DNA from: Klebsormidium nitens
Taxonomy: Eukaryota > Plantae > Klebsormidiophyceae
Assembly: GCA_000708835.1 (NCBI GenBank)
Contig: DF237008.1
Coordinates: 196,235-260,234, forward strand
Reading direction: 5' to 3'
Length of the DNA: 64,000 nt
Below the pieces are notes generated by a model. It was not told where the DNA came from. It worked only from the letters and a program-made list of their open reading frames with translations, and did not search any database. The position numbers and the translations under genes are program-made. This document shows positions 52,501-63,519 of this stretch, one piece after another; the stretch's first letter is position 1; every line of letters begins with the position of its first letter.

Positions 52501-53409
52501 GTAGCGGGCAAGTTGATCCAGCCTTCCCGGATCCTCTTTCTGACAATCTGGTGTTTCCTCTTCCAATCTCGACGTCGAAAGCTCAGATCCCCGTGCCTGA
52601 ATGTTGCTCACAGTTTCGCAGCATGATGCACAACAGTGTGATTGGGCTTCAACTCAAACCGCTATCAGCTTATACGGCTTGTTTCGGTCGCCAGAAAGGC
52701 GTCGACAGTGTGTCATCTGTGGCACAGCAGAAGCAGAAAGCGACATGGCCTTCCTCGGATTCTGAAGCCAACAAAGCGACGTTCAAAACACTCTTCCGCC
52801 CACATTTCGCTTGCCCCGCGGCCGTCACAGGCGAACTTGGTTTTGGTCGTGGCGCATTTTCAGAAGAAAGCTCACAAACATCTTAAGGAAGTAATTTGAA
52901 TTACCGTCAATCTGCAAGCAAGAAGAAAAACCTCGGTCCTGAAGGAAATACCTGACGGTCGACTGGCGGAACGAAAGCACTCCATCAATCAAGCCATACA
53001 GCGAGTCCGCTCTGTCTTGATCGCAGGTGACTTCGGATTCTGTGGCCGGAAAGATGACGACGTCGGGCCTTTCAGCCAGAGTGCGGATCGCGATTGGTGC
53101 GACGCGTGGCTCTCGGGTCGGCACCCGGGGGAACCCCCCGTGGACGAAAAGAACAGTTCACAAGCAGCGGAAGGGCAATCGGGGGATACTTCCCGAGCAG
53201 TTGACTCTCGGTGGGCGGTTGGAGGGAAAACGTTAAGCCGCCCAGATCGTATCTATACCCGGTCCTCACAGTTTGTGATCAAAAGCGCAAGGACTTTCAG
53301 GGTTAGCGGGTCGGACTTGTTTCAGCACTTCGAGGTCGTGGTAGACGTACACGTGGACCCGTCGAGAGCCGTCGATGACTGGGAAAGGCTGGAAACGCCT
53401 GGGCGGTGA
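49528..53409 (+). CDS. MJ1316-type RNA cyclic-end recognition domain fused to a degenerate exonuclease-endonuclease-phosphatase (EEP) domain, 483 aa
   Basis: Exons 49528-49928, 50964-51148, 51511-51668, 52183-52507 (GC donor), 53027-53409 (1452 nt). MJ1316-like: LKTSKQVYDLVRTNP...IVYHDRV...GDVPWHRVWFFTYNGTVFWDRERR. EEP-like: FRLATLNLL, LDADVIMLQGC, SGQITLAR, IVAGDFG, RPDRIY, FQHF. Confidence 0.85.
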
Positions 53410-54032
53410 AGCTTGGAAACAGTCCTACTTTGAGTTGGCTGCGCATATGAAGCCGCCAGCAGTGTTCATTGTCATCTCGTCAAGAAGAGAGCCTGGCAAA
53501 CGTGATGGGTATTAAACGTGGCGACGTTGCTTCCACTGAATGTTCGTCCACCGCCCAATGATAAAGTTATGCTTGATGGCGTCTGAGTATGCGCTGGCCC
53601 GAAGTAGGCAAAGTCTCATGCAAATAAGAGGGGACTTGCAGCTTGTCGCAACTAGTAACTTGTAGTCACGATCAGACGTGTCATCGACAACAAGCGTGCG
53701 CTTCGATACTCGCCACACACCAAAACTCGGATATGTTTGTAATTTAGAATGAGACATGAGGCAGTGTCATTGATCTTGATACTCCTTAGGTGTCCACATT
53801 TACGATTTTCGCAAGCCCTTCTTGAAAAGCGCCGCATGGTCTCTTATCAGGTCATGCCTCAGTGCCTCTGCATTACGCCGTCATACCCACCGGCGCAACA
53901 CATTTTTGAGCAGCATCTTCACATCCAGTTCGTTTGCAAGCTCAGTCGACATCCGTGACTCTGCATTGAGATAATTACTACGTGCTATTCCTACGATCAC
54001 GTGGTATCCTGTTAGAGGATAGCGATCGTCAT

Positions 54033-54917
54033 TCACTTCGGGCCTTGATCCCATTCGTCCGTAATGGTTCGACTGCAGCACAAACGCATCAGCGCCTGAA
54101 AGGTCGTCCACTCCGTTCCGCTTCCGTCGCGCAGAGCGCTGGCGGCTTGGAAGCTGCTCTCGCACGTCGCGGGCCCCGGATCATCATATTTATCAGTCCT
54201 GCGAAAGCCAGAGTCGTGGCGGGATCGGACGGGCTTCCGGTCTAGCAAGATCTGGATCTTTCCGTCCGCCTTGCGCATGAGCTTCCAGGAGAAGTGAACG
54301 TTTCCCTGCTCGTGCAGTGGCAACCTCCGAGACTCGAACCAGTCCTCAGGCACCCCGTCGTTGCCACTCGGAATCTGCTGTAGTGCAGAGTTCAGATCGC
54401 CTTCCGCTTCCGTTGCATGCATTCCGTTCATGTCTGCCTTGCAGACGTTTCTTACAGTTTGTTTCCACGCAGGCTGGCAGCCCGCAGGCTGGCAGCCGTA
54501 GTCAGAGACTGCGCACTCTGTTGAACAAAACAAGAGGCCTCTACCCGCCACATACACGTCCATCAGCATGACGTAAGCCGAGAGCTCCATATTCAAGGGC
54601 GTTTCACTCTTGCAGGTGCAGCTTCGCGCCTCAGCATTTAGTAACCCCGAGCGCTTCTCCGCCAGCTTTGTGAAGAGCTGCTTGTAAGTGGCGCGCGCGC
54701 CGCGCGCGCAGACCGCGGCCGCGTAGCGCGCGGCCACGAGCTCCCTGGCAGGGGAAGTCTTGAGAGAGGGACTGTCTTCCTCGCACCACGTCTTCCAGAG
54801 CAAGCTGTCACCCACCAGCTCGTTGAGCGCTTTTGACTGCACGGCCAGCTTGCAGGCGTGCTCTGGCGCCAAGAAGCCCAGCAGGTGATCGAACGTGGGG
54901 GCATCAAGATACTCCAT
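54033..54917 (-). CDS. Intronless F-box-like protein, 294 aa
   Basis: Uninterrupted ORF. The N-terminal F-box-like pattern is LDAPTFDHLLGFLAPEHACKLAVQSKALNELVGDSLLWKTWC. A paralogue lies immediately upstream on the opposite strand. Confidence 0.8.
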   Translation of the reverse strand: MEYLDAPTFDHLLGFLAPEHACKLAVQSKALNELVGDSLLWKTWCEEDSPSLKTSPARELVAARYAAAVCARGARATYKQLFTKLAEKRSGLLNAEARSCTCKSETPLNMELSAYVMLMDVYVAGRGLLFCSTECAVSDYGCQPAGCQPAWKQTVRNVCKADMNGMHATEAEGDLNSALQQIPSGNDGVPEDWFESRRLPLHEQGNVHFSWKLMRKADGKIQILLDRKPVRSRHDSGFRRTDKYDDPGPATCESSFQAASALRDGSGTEWTTFQALMRLCCSRTITDEWDQGPK

Positions 54918-55465
54918 CTTCCCGCCTCACAAATGAGTCGCTGCTTCGAGTTCCCGAGTCCTTCTGCTCCTGGGCCGTGTTGCTAAGATACTAGTAGGAG
55001 CACTGGTGCTAGCAAAAGGTTGCAGGGCTTCTCCTTCGTCAAGTCTGCGGCCTGGAAGGTTCTGGTAACTGAACTTTGAAAGTGCTCGAGACGTCTTATC
55101 CGGCGCAGAAAACTGATCGATAGTGTCGACGGGCAGCGTCAACCGGTATCAGGTTTGACCCCAAACTGTCGGCGCATTCTGAAGAGCGCGCTGGTTGCAA
55201 ACCGTCAAACAGGCGAGGTCACGTACCACTACCGTCACCGCCCCGTCGTACGCGAGCCCAAACCCCGCGGTCCAGCACTGCGCGGCCGTGCGGCCGCCGG
55301 TCCGGGCGCCACATCCGACATCCGGACCGGCGCGGTCGACGTCGGAAGCCTTCAGAGCCTTGGTCTAAGAAGCTGCTGAGGAGGCGAAGGGGCGCTCGAA
55401 CGCATTGGGGCGCCCTTGACTTCCTGTGCATCTTCACGGCTCAGCTGTGCGCTTTGAAAGTCTCT

Positions 55466-56300
55466 GCGGAGACGTTAGATGCGCATGTTTTTGACCTGAT
55501 AATTTGAGCAACCGGCTCACAGAAGCTGAAGCCTGCAATCTGGCTGTCCTCTCAACGACTCTAAGAGCGTTAACGGTGGAACAAAGCAATGTCTGGAAAA
55601 CATGGTGTAAACGCGACTGTCTTTTTCTGACGGCATCGCCGGCAAGGGAGCTCGTGCGCGCGCACTATAGGGCGCGCTCAGAAGATGGGCGTACAATTGG
55701 CTACAAGGAGCTGGGTCTCAAGCTAGAAACGAAGATTATACATTCTTCAAACAGGACCGATCTTACGGCGCGAGAAGGAGCGGCGGAGAAGCAGGGTCTG
55801 GACCTGTTGACATTAGAATTTGTCATGCTGATGGACATCCACGTGGAAGGCAAAGGCGTGGTGTTTTCTTCAGCTGACGGCAAAGATTTGAACCCTCCGT
55901 CCCAAGTTTTCAAGATCACGACGAGGAATTCGAAAAGGACACGGATGTATGCCGGGCAGTAGTGCCAGCGGAGTGCGAGCCTGAGGAGAAAAATCCTGGG
56001 ATCGTGCCTCCCTGACGTGTGAAGAAGAATCGAGTAAGCGAGGTCTGTCCTTCAATCTTGCAGAAGCAGGCCCGGACTTGCCGCGCCCTAGACAAAAAGC
56101 TCAACCAATACGGCATGATCTTCTCCTGAAAGCGCAGCGCAAGCAAGATGGGAAAATAAAGGTTCTGCTGGATTGGGAGGCTGCGGGGTGGGCCAAGGTT
56201 GGTACTTTTACTGAACCGAGCAGTTCTGGACTGTACTACTTCTACCAATTCAGGACTATGGGGGATCTCAACATACCCGAGCAGATTCCGAGATTCGGGG
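55466..56300 (+). pseudogene. Disrupted paralogue of the neighbouring F-box-like gene
   Basis: Aligned blocks: ETLDAHVFDLI / NRLTEAEACNLAV...WKTWC...SPARELV, YKEL.LKL, VMLMDIHVEGKGVVFSS, FS*K/AQRKQDGKIKVLLD versus FSWKLMRKADGKIQILLD. There is no ATG at the homologous start (GCG at 55466), a frameshift at ~55503, a stop at 55960-62, and a TGA at the Trp position followed by a further frameshift near 56130. Confidence 0.8.
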
Positions 56301-57462
56301 CTCACATGTCAGCAACATGGATTCTTCCCAAACAGATCAGCTCTTTTGGTGTCGAAGGTAGAAGCACTTTGAGCCGAACATCTTCCCGCGGTTCTGGTTG
56401 TGCTATGGCGGTGTGTATATTAGCGCGGAATCCAGTGGAATTAACGTACCAAACCTCGGAAGACTTTTTGCATGTAGTTGAGCACAATGTTGGGCCGGAT
56501 GGATTTGATAAAAGGCTATCGAAACTGATCAGTACGTCAGTCTGGAGCTTTAATAGCGCATCTTTACAATGCATACGCAGACGTGCCCAACAACAGCAGG
56601 TCTGGTTTAAAAGCTCCATACATTCTATCAGACTTCTAGTCATATTAGCTAGTATTACTATCATGCAATTAGATTCTTCGCCAGGCTTCATCATGATGTT
56701 GCAACTTCACGATCGGGCGAACCATCTTGAGACCCTTCGAACTCCGCTTGTTATTATTAAGACTGTTAACAGTCTTAAGTCGGTGCCACCTCCATATGTA
56801 AAGTGATCACGCTTATCACATGCATGCATGCTCCTATATACCGTGTTTGGAGTTGCAAATTCGGAAGTAGACAGCTATCACGCGACTCGGCCATATACTT
56901 GCATTTGCCATTGCCATTCCTACAAATCATATTCGTTTGAAAGCGGCCGGGCCCTCGGCGGGGCATGTGTGCATGCATGCACATGCATAGTGCAACGCGA
57001 TCGCGTCACATAGCACAGGAGCTAGCTGCACATGAGCTAGAATCGTTTCAATCTACACAACTTCGTCGGATTGCTCCAATCATTCAATAGCTTGTGTAAT
57101 TTTGTGCGGTTCATTCACATAATTGGGCAACATCGCTGCAACTGCATGGTATATGGCGACGTCTAGTTTGCAGTTCCAGGCCAGCAGTCAAACCAGCCGA
57201 CAAGTATGCATCGACCGGAATGGAAGCCACGCGTTCCATGATGCAACGCGCGTGCCCGTCCCAATTAACCCGTGTCAAGTGCAGAGAAGTTGTTGCCGCC
57301 AAAATCGAGTGCAGCCATTGTAACCGCTCCAGACCCTTGAATGCTTACTGGATTTCGTTAATAGAAGAACTTGCGCCTCGTAAAAGATCCAAATCGGAGG
57401 CCCTACTACCAGGCTGGGCAAGCCTCCATACAGACTGTCACCTCACGTCCTGGAAGAGTGAA

Positions 57463-60400
57463 CTAAATGTATTTGATGAGCCCCCGGCCCTCTACGCTAA
57501 CTTTCTCCGCTCGCATGCTACCAGTCTTCTTGCGCAACTTCTGCAGCGTCTTGTCCATCTGCAAGGGCAAGCAACAGGATCAGAGGAGAAACTCGTGAAC
57601 GTGACTGGCATAGCGCGCCCCCATGCACCAGAAGGCTTTTCACATACGTTCAGATTGAGGACGCAGCTTGAGTTCTGAATTGAGTGGATAGGGAGAAAGG
57701 TGAGAGTCAAGACAGCGGCTTGCCCAGGCGCGAGCAACCTCACCTCCTCTATCAGGTCAAACCTTTTAAAGAGTCCATCGAACAAGTTGCAAAGAACGCC
57801 TGAAATGCGCCGTTAGGCCGGCAGCAGGAAACAGCCTGGGCCGGCTAAAGTGCACGTAAAGATACCATAAGCAGGGATTGAGCCGCCAAAACCCATCATG
57901 CAAACGATCAGAATACAAGAGAATCGAATGCGGAGTCGTACGAAAGCGTCAGATCAAATGCAAAAGCGTCGCAAAATCCCGTCACGCGTCAGAAAATGTT
58001 CAGAGGACCACCAGAAGATATCCGGAAGCTTCTTGTCACTGCCAATCCTCACCAAGAAACGTCCAAAGGCGTAAAATACACTCGAAACGGTCAAAGAGCA
58101 TCCCAGATGTCTCTGGAATTGTCAGATCAATGTCAATCAACGATCAATCAACAATCAACATACGAAGGCGTGTTATGCACCCAGAAGCGTGCAAAAGCAT
58201 CTGCGAGCGGCCTCACCCGGCGGGCCTTCTCCGAGGCCTGGCCGCCCTTGGCGAGCGCGCGCGCCTCCTCTGCCGTCACTTTCGACTGCGACCGCCGCTT
58301 GTAATCCATCGCGGCCGGCTGCGGGATCGTCGCGTGCAGCCGCAGGTCGCCCGGCTTCAGCAGCGCGCCCGCGTCGAAGTGGTCCTCGCCCGCGTCATCG
58401 TCCCCGGACTGCGCCCGCCGCACGACGCTGCGGAGAGTTCAAGGCGACGGATCAATGGTCTATAAGACGAGGTAAGAATTGGGATGCAATCGGACGGCTG
58501 AGGGGCGAGCTTCGCAGCATGTAGTGCGCCCGCGTCAAAGTGGTCCTCGCCCGCGTCGTCGTCCCCTGACTGCATGCGCCGCACGGCTCTGCAAAGACGA
58601 ATCCAAATTTTCCATAACAGGAGGCTGCAGGGATAGTGAGCTGACCATCCTGGAACAAAAGGAGGGTTAGTGCGGGAATTGGGAAACGGGGGCGGAGCAC
58701 ACAAGTATCTGGGTTTAGGATTTTGAGTTTAGCTGGGAGCTCACTATTCAGGACTGGGGCTTCCTGATTCTGAATCCGAGTGCTAATCTGCGGAGCGTCC
58801 AAAGCGACAGGTCAACGGTTCACATGACAACGTGAGAACTGTGAATAAAATCGAACGGCGACGGGCAAGCATCGCAGCACATAGCGCGCCCCCATTAAAG
58901 CCTTGCGAGCGTCCTCGCGCCTGAGTGCCACGCTGCGGTGACGGGATCAACGACCCACACGACGGAGTGAAGCTCGAGAGCTACTTCCAATACGAATATC
59001 AAGATGGCCTTAATACGCATAGTTCTATTGAGTGTGCGTGGTGACTGTTGTGCTATCTGCACTAACGAGAGAGCATTGTAGGTGCACGGCACACGTCTTG
59101 CTTGCTGTGCAAAGGCAGCTCCAGCGACATTTTCAAACAGGTGCGCTTTGCTAAAGTCGCGTTGCTCGGAGCTCTGGTCGCAGAAACTTACGCTTTCTGT
59201 TTAGGCGCCGGCCGGTGCTCCTCCTGTCGGTGCCGCAACTCCTCGTAGTTTGTACTCTTCTTGAAGATAGGCCGCGACTGTAAAGACGGAGTAAGCGTAG
59301 TCAGCGAGGAATCCGCTCCGAGCCAAAAAGACGTTCTTGCTTACGCCCACCTGCTCTACCAAGGGGCAGAGATTGGCTTAAGCGGCATGGAAAAAGAAGA
59401 TGCCAGCCACTTAGCGGGTAATGTGACTTCGAAGACGGGAATGCTCTCTGTACTCCCTGCCGGTCTGCTGCTTGACAAGAGCAGCGTCACGAAAGAAATA
59501 TCCATAGAGCGTACCGACTAGAGTCAGAATCTTAGCCTTAGCGAATTGTGCGACTCGTGAAAGTGCTGATGAGGTGAGCTTCTCGTGCTTGTTGCCTTTT
59601 TACTGCTAGTGGGCTCTTTGATGCTGAAGATGCTTACGGTTTCGACACAAAAGGTCGTTCACGAGAACGCGCTGTTGCCTGTTTCCGTTCATACAAGAAC
59701 TCTTTGCGCTCCACCCAACCACTTTGTAGAGCAAAGAGCTTGGCTGTCACGCAACCTCAAAAATCGCACAGCAAACTTTCTTAGAGGAAAGTTCGACAGA
59801 AACGAGAGAGGAACTTAAGACCCGACCTGCAGCTGACGTAATGCTGACGTCAGCGGGACTCACCCACTTATCGACGAGGTCCCTGGCGACTGCCCGGTTG
59901 TCGGCGGTCTCGTCCGGCAAGCGCGAAAGAAACATGACAACCCGGCCGAGATAGCTGTCCTTCAGCCAGTCTCGGACGTCCGGCTCGCTTGTGTCAATCG
60001 GCATCTGCAGACAGACAAGCGTGGAATCAGTCTCGCACAAAAATTTGATGAACGGTTATAAAACAACCACTGTTTCCTCTCAAACGGAGTGACACAGATG
60101 GTTTTTGTAGTCGAGGAATTGCTCCCTCTGCATGCTGTCCTTCAGCCAGTCTCAGACGTCCCGCTGTGTCGGGCCATCCTCAAATGTTAGTAGCTGCCTC
60201 AAGGTAGTCCTTTTATTGCGTTGATTGAAGGTTCGAATGAGACGCTTTTGGTGGTCTCAAGGGCTTAAACTCGCCCCATGCGCTATTTCAGCCACTTTCG
60301 CTTTTGCCATTAGGCATCTGCAAATGGTAGCGTTTTACAAAGAAGAACCCGCTTTGTGCACGAAGGTAAGCGTCCTTAAGGAACCAGCTTCAAGCTCGAC

Positions 60401-63400
60401 CGCTTCCGACTAAAATGCAAACCTCGACTAAAGAATGGAGCACCAACGGTTCAGCATCGCAATCCCCGCCGCTCTCTCAGTGTTTCCAAAGAAAAGCAAC
60501 ATGCGAACGTCCAACTCACTCCGGACAAGACCCGCAGGATGGCCGTCCGAATGGCGATGTTGGGCAGCGAGCGGTCCGGCAGGGGTTCCAGCCACTGCTT
60601 GAGCGCGATCAACACGCCCTGCTGCAACAGCTTCATCTGCAGCTTCTTACTGCACGCCAAGAAGACGAGGATCAGCAATAGTGGCGAGAGCAGCGCGTCT
60701 GACGTCCAAAGTGTACGATAATCAGGAAATCGGAAGAACAGACTGATTGTTACTTGTTATCTGTTACTTGTCTGGTTGCCGATTATCTCGTCGACGGACT
60801 GCCCAATGCACAGAAATGCATTTCCTGTCCGTTGGAGAAGGAAAAGGGAAATGAACAATAAGTTTATTGGATATACATAATATTGGAAAATCATACGGGA
60901 AGTCTAGCGTCCGGATAAGGTGCAGTGCATGTGCAAAAGTGGGTTGATCGCGAGAATCATTACTGAGCGCCGCCATTTGCTGAGCATCTACAGAGCTGTA
61001 ATTAGAACGAAACGATTTCCAAACACTTCAAAACGGGGGAGCCAACCCCCAAAAGCCTTAAAACATTGGGCGAACTTGAGTGAAGTCTTCAAAAGCGGTT
61101 CAAAGGGTCGGGAAACCGCCCGCTCACTTGCTGAGCATCGGCACCACGTTGGGCAACATCCAAAAGGTATGTTCAGGAAAGTCTTTAGACTGAAAGAAGA
61201 CTTCACTTATAGGAGGCTCTGTGTAATACATGGAGTGTCCGTGCGTTGTCTGCTCACTTGCTAAGGGTTGCCACCACGTTCGGCAGCATCTGCAGCTTCT
61301 TAAGCGCTGGCCTGCCCGCCCGGTTGCTTTCCGCGTCACTCTCCGCTGCCTCAGCCATTAGCGCGATGAACTCCTCGCACTCGATCTGAAGCTCCATGTC
61401 CGACTTCTCAGCTGCAAGTACGAGCCCCCATGTGAGCCAAGTTTTAAGTTGGAAACTGGAAAATTCGCTCTGGAAAGTGTAGACAGTTTGAGTATCCATT
61501 GCCAAAGCGATCGCTCTAAACGATGGTTTATACTCACTTTCGATATTCAGTCCTTGGAAAGACAAATTGTGGAAGAGAAACCCATTCAGTGCGCACCAGC
61601 AAAGCTCGCAAAAGGCCATACGTTCCTCCTTACACCCAAAACGCTCCTGCATAAGTGCATCCATTCCAATCCATGTCGGAAAAGCCCGACCTTTGAAAAA
61701 GCCCCTGGGGCAAGAAGGCTCTTCGAAACCTTCTGACACTGCAATGCAGCGACGAACAACCAGTCTCTCTGTAAAGTCAATCTTAAGTGATACGGATCAA
61801 TTGACATTTCCAAGCTGTGAGGAGTGAAGCGCAGCGAATAGATTCGTGACCAAGCTGCTTCCTTACTCTTTCTGCCCTTTTTGCCCTTCCCGAAGAGCGC
61901 ATCCACACCCCCATCGTCCTCCTCTGCTTCCTCCGCCTGCGGCGCTCTGCCTGGGTCGCCTCCATACTCGTCTTCGCTGTCGTACGCCTTTCTGACTCCG
62001 TCGTCGTCAATAAACGCATCGTCCGCAGCGTTGCGGACCCCGTCCGAGTCATCCTGGAAAGAATGTCGGAACATGGACTTTGGAGTCTTCTGCGTATTGT
62101 CACTTAAGCCCAACTCCGCAGCAGCCGTATATGAAGCGGCTGCCAAGGCAGTGTATGAGCATAGAAGAGACATATGGGGCAGAACGGGCAAGGACTGCCA
62201 AATCAAGCAACCTGGATCTTTTAATCTAGGCAACATCTGGCTGTCAACACGGACCCTGCCCAAACCCGCAAACGATCATCCGGATTACGACCAAGAGCCG
62301 CTTAGTATTGTGGCCCACCGAGCCTCTGAAATCGCACACACTTTAACTTTCTTGGTCTCTCTGCGAGCTCACCTCCGAGCCCCCTTCTTTCTCCAGAAAA
62401 TCGAAGAGCTCCTCCTCCCCTTCTCCATTTGCCTTCGCACGTCCCGTCTTTTTCTCCCTTGGCTGCTTGCGCTTACGAGACTCCTTGTCGCCCTCGCCAC
62501 TCTTACGCCGCTTCTTAGGCTCCCTGTCACCTGAAAGGTGTGCAACTGATATACTACCAAGAATTTTGGAAGTTGTCGTTTTACCTGCTGACTCACCGCG
62601 GACAAAATCAATGGAAGATTGTCATTGGCAGGAAGTCAGCAGACATCTCTTTTGAATAGACTGCTAGAATGTCCTGAGGAAAGGAATCAGAGGTTGGATC
62701 TAGAGTAGACGCCGATGCAACGAGGGGTTTGAGGTCACTTCTGTCAAGTCTTGGCGTCCAAACCTCCCCTCCAATGCTTTAAAAGATGCACTTTGAACTT
62801 AGGGTTTCTTGACAGAAAGCACTAATCATCTTTCATCTTTCAACCTTTGTATGGGTGCAAATCAGGAACCAATCCTCACCTCCCTCCTTGCTCTGCTTTT
62901 TCTGCTTTCTTTCAGCTGGTTCGCCTGCCGCCTGTTGATCTTCTACAAGCCCTTCATCCTCATCGTCAATTGCGGCCCCTCGATCAGCACCGGATGGCCC
63001 TTCTTCATCTGCCTCTGCTTCCATCCCCCCAGCCCTACCAGCCGCTCCTACATGCTCCTCTTCTTCTGCATTGCCAGCCCCATTCTCCTGACCACCACCA
63101 TTCTGAGCGGCAGCTTGAGGGGTTTCCTCGAACTCCTCCTCCTCTTCTTCGTCGCTCTCAATGATGGTCCGCCTTCGGTTCCTGAGAAGTGGCACGATGC
63201 ACCAGGTCAAAGGCGTCCCAATTGCGGCGAGGTGCCTTCAATCGCACGAGGTAGTGACTTGCGCCAGCCCGCAGATGTATTTCAACGCCGCATGATACTT
63301 GTGAGCAGCAGCAATAGTTTGCCACCCTCTTCCTACAGACTTGATAACAATCTCAAAATGGAGGACGAATAGATGACCAAATCTGACCTAAGCTCAGCCC

Positions 63401-63519
63401 TTTCAGCCACCCGACGCATCTGCACCCCGCATAGAAAGAGAGAAGACTGATCCTTTGCAGAAACCAATGACACAGGAGGCTTACTTGGGCACGCTCGGCG
63501 AGGCATTGTCATCCGACAT
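57463..63519 (-). CDS. IWS1: Transcription elongation factor IWS1/SPN1 (TFIIS N-terminal domain), 499 aa
   Basis: Ten exons: 63519-63485, 63181-62880, 62530-62373, 62053-61867, 61411-61258, 60649-60520, 60004-59864, 59277-59192, 58427-58217, 57558-57463 (1500 nt, phases match). Motifs: DDAFIDDDG, PQAEEAEE, GRPALKKLQML, LKQWLEPLPDRSLPNIAIRTAIL, LGRVVMFLS, ARDLVDKWSRPIF, KVSVEGRGLIKYI*. Confidence 0.96.
58528..58600 (-). repeat. Intronic copy of the acceptor and 5' end of IWS1 exon 9
   Basis: ctttgcag|AGCCGTGCGGCGCATGCAGTCAGGGGACGACGACGCGGGCGAGGACCACTTTGACGCGGGCGCA lies 161 nt upstream of the near-identical true exon start at 58427. Confidence 0.92.
60134..60178 (-). repeat. Intronic copy of the 5' part of IWS1 exon 7
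   Basis: GGACGTCTGAGACTGGCTGAAGGACAGC matches exon GGACGTCCGAGACTGGCTGAAGGACAGC at 27/28 nt. Confidence 0.85.
61122..61160 (-). repeat. Intronic copy of the 3' end and donor of IWS1 exon 5
   Basis: ATGTTGCCCAACGTGGTGCCGATGCTCAGCAA|GTGAGC versus the true ATGCTGCCGAACGTGGTGGCAACCCTTAGCAA|GTGAGC, ~130 nt apart. Confidence 0.85.
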
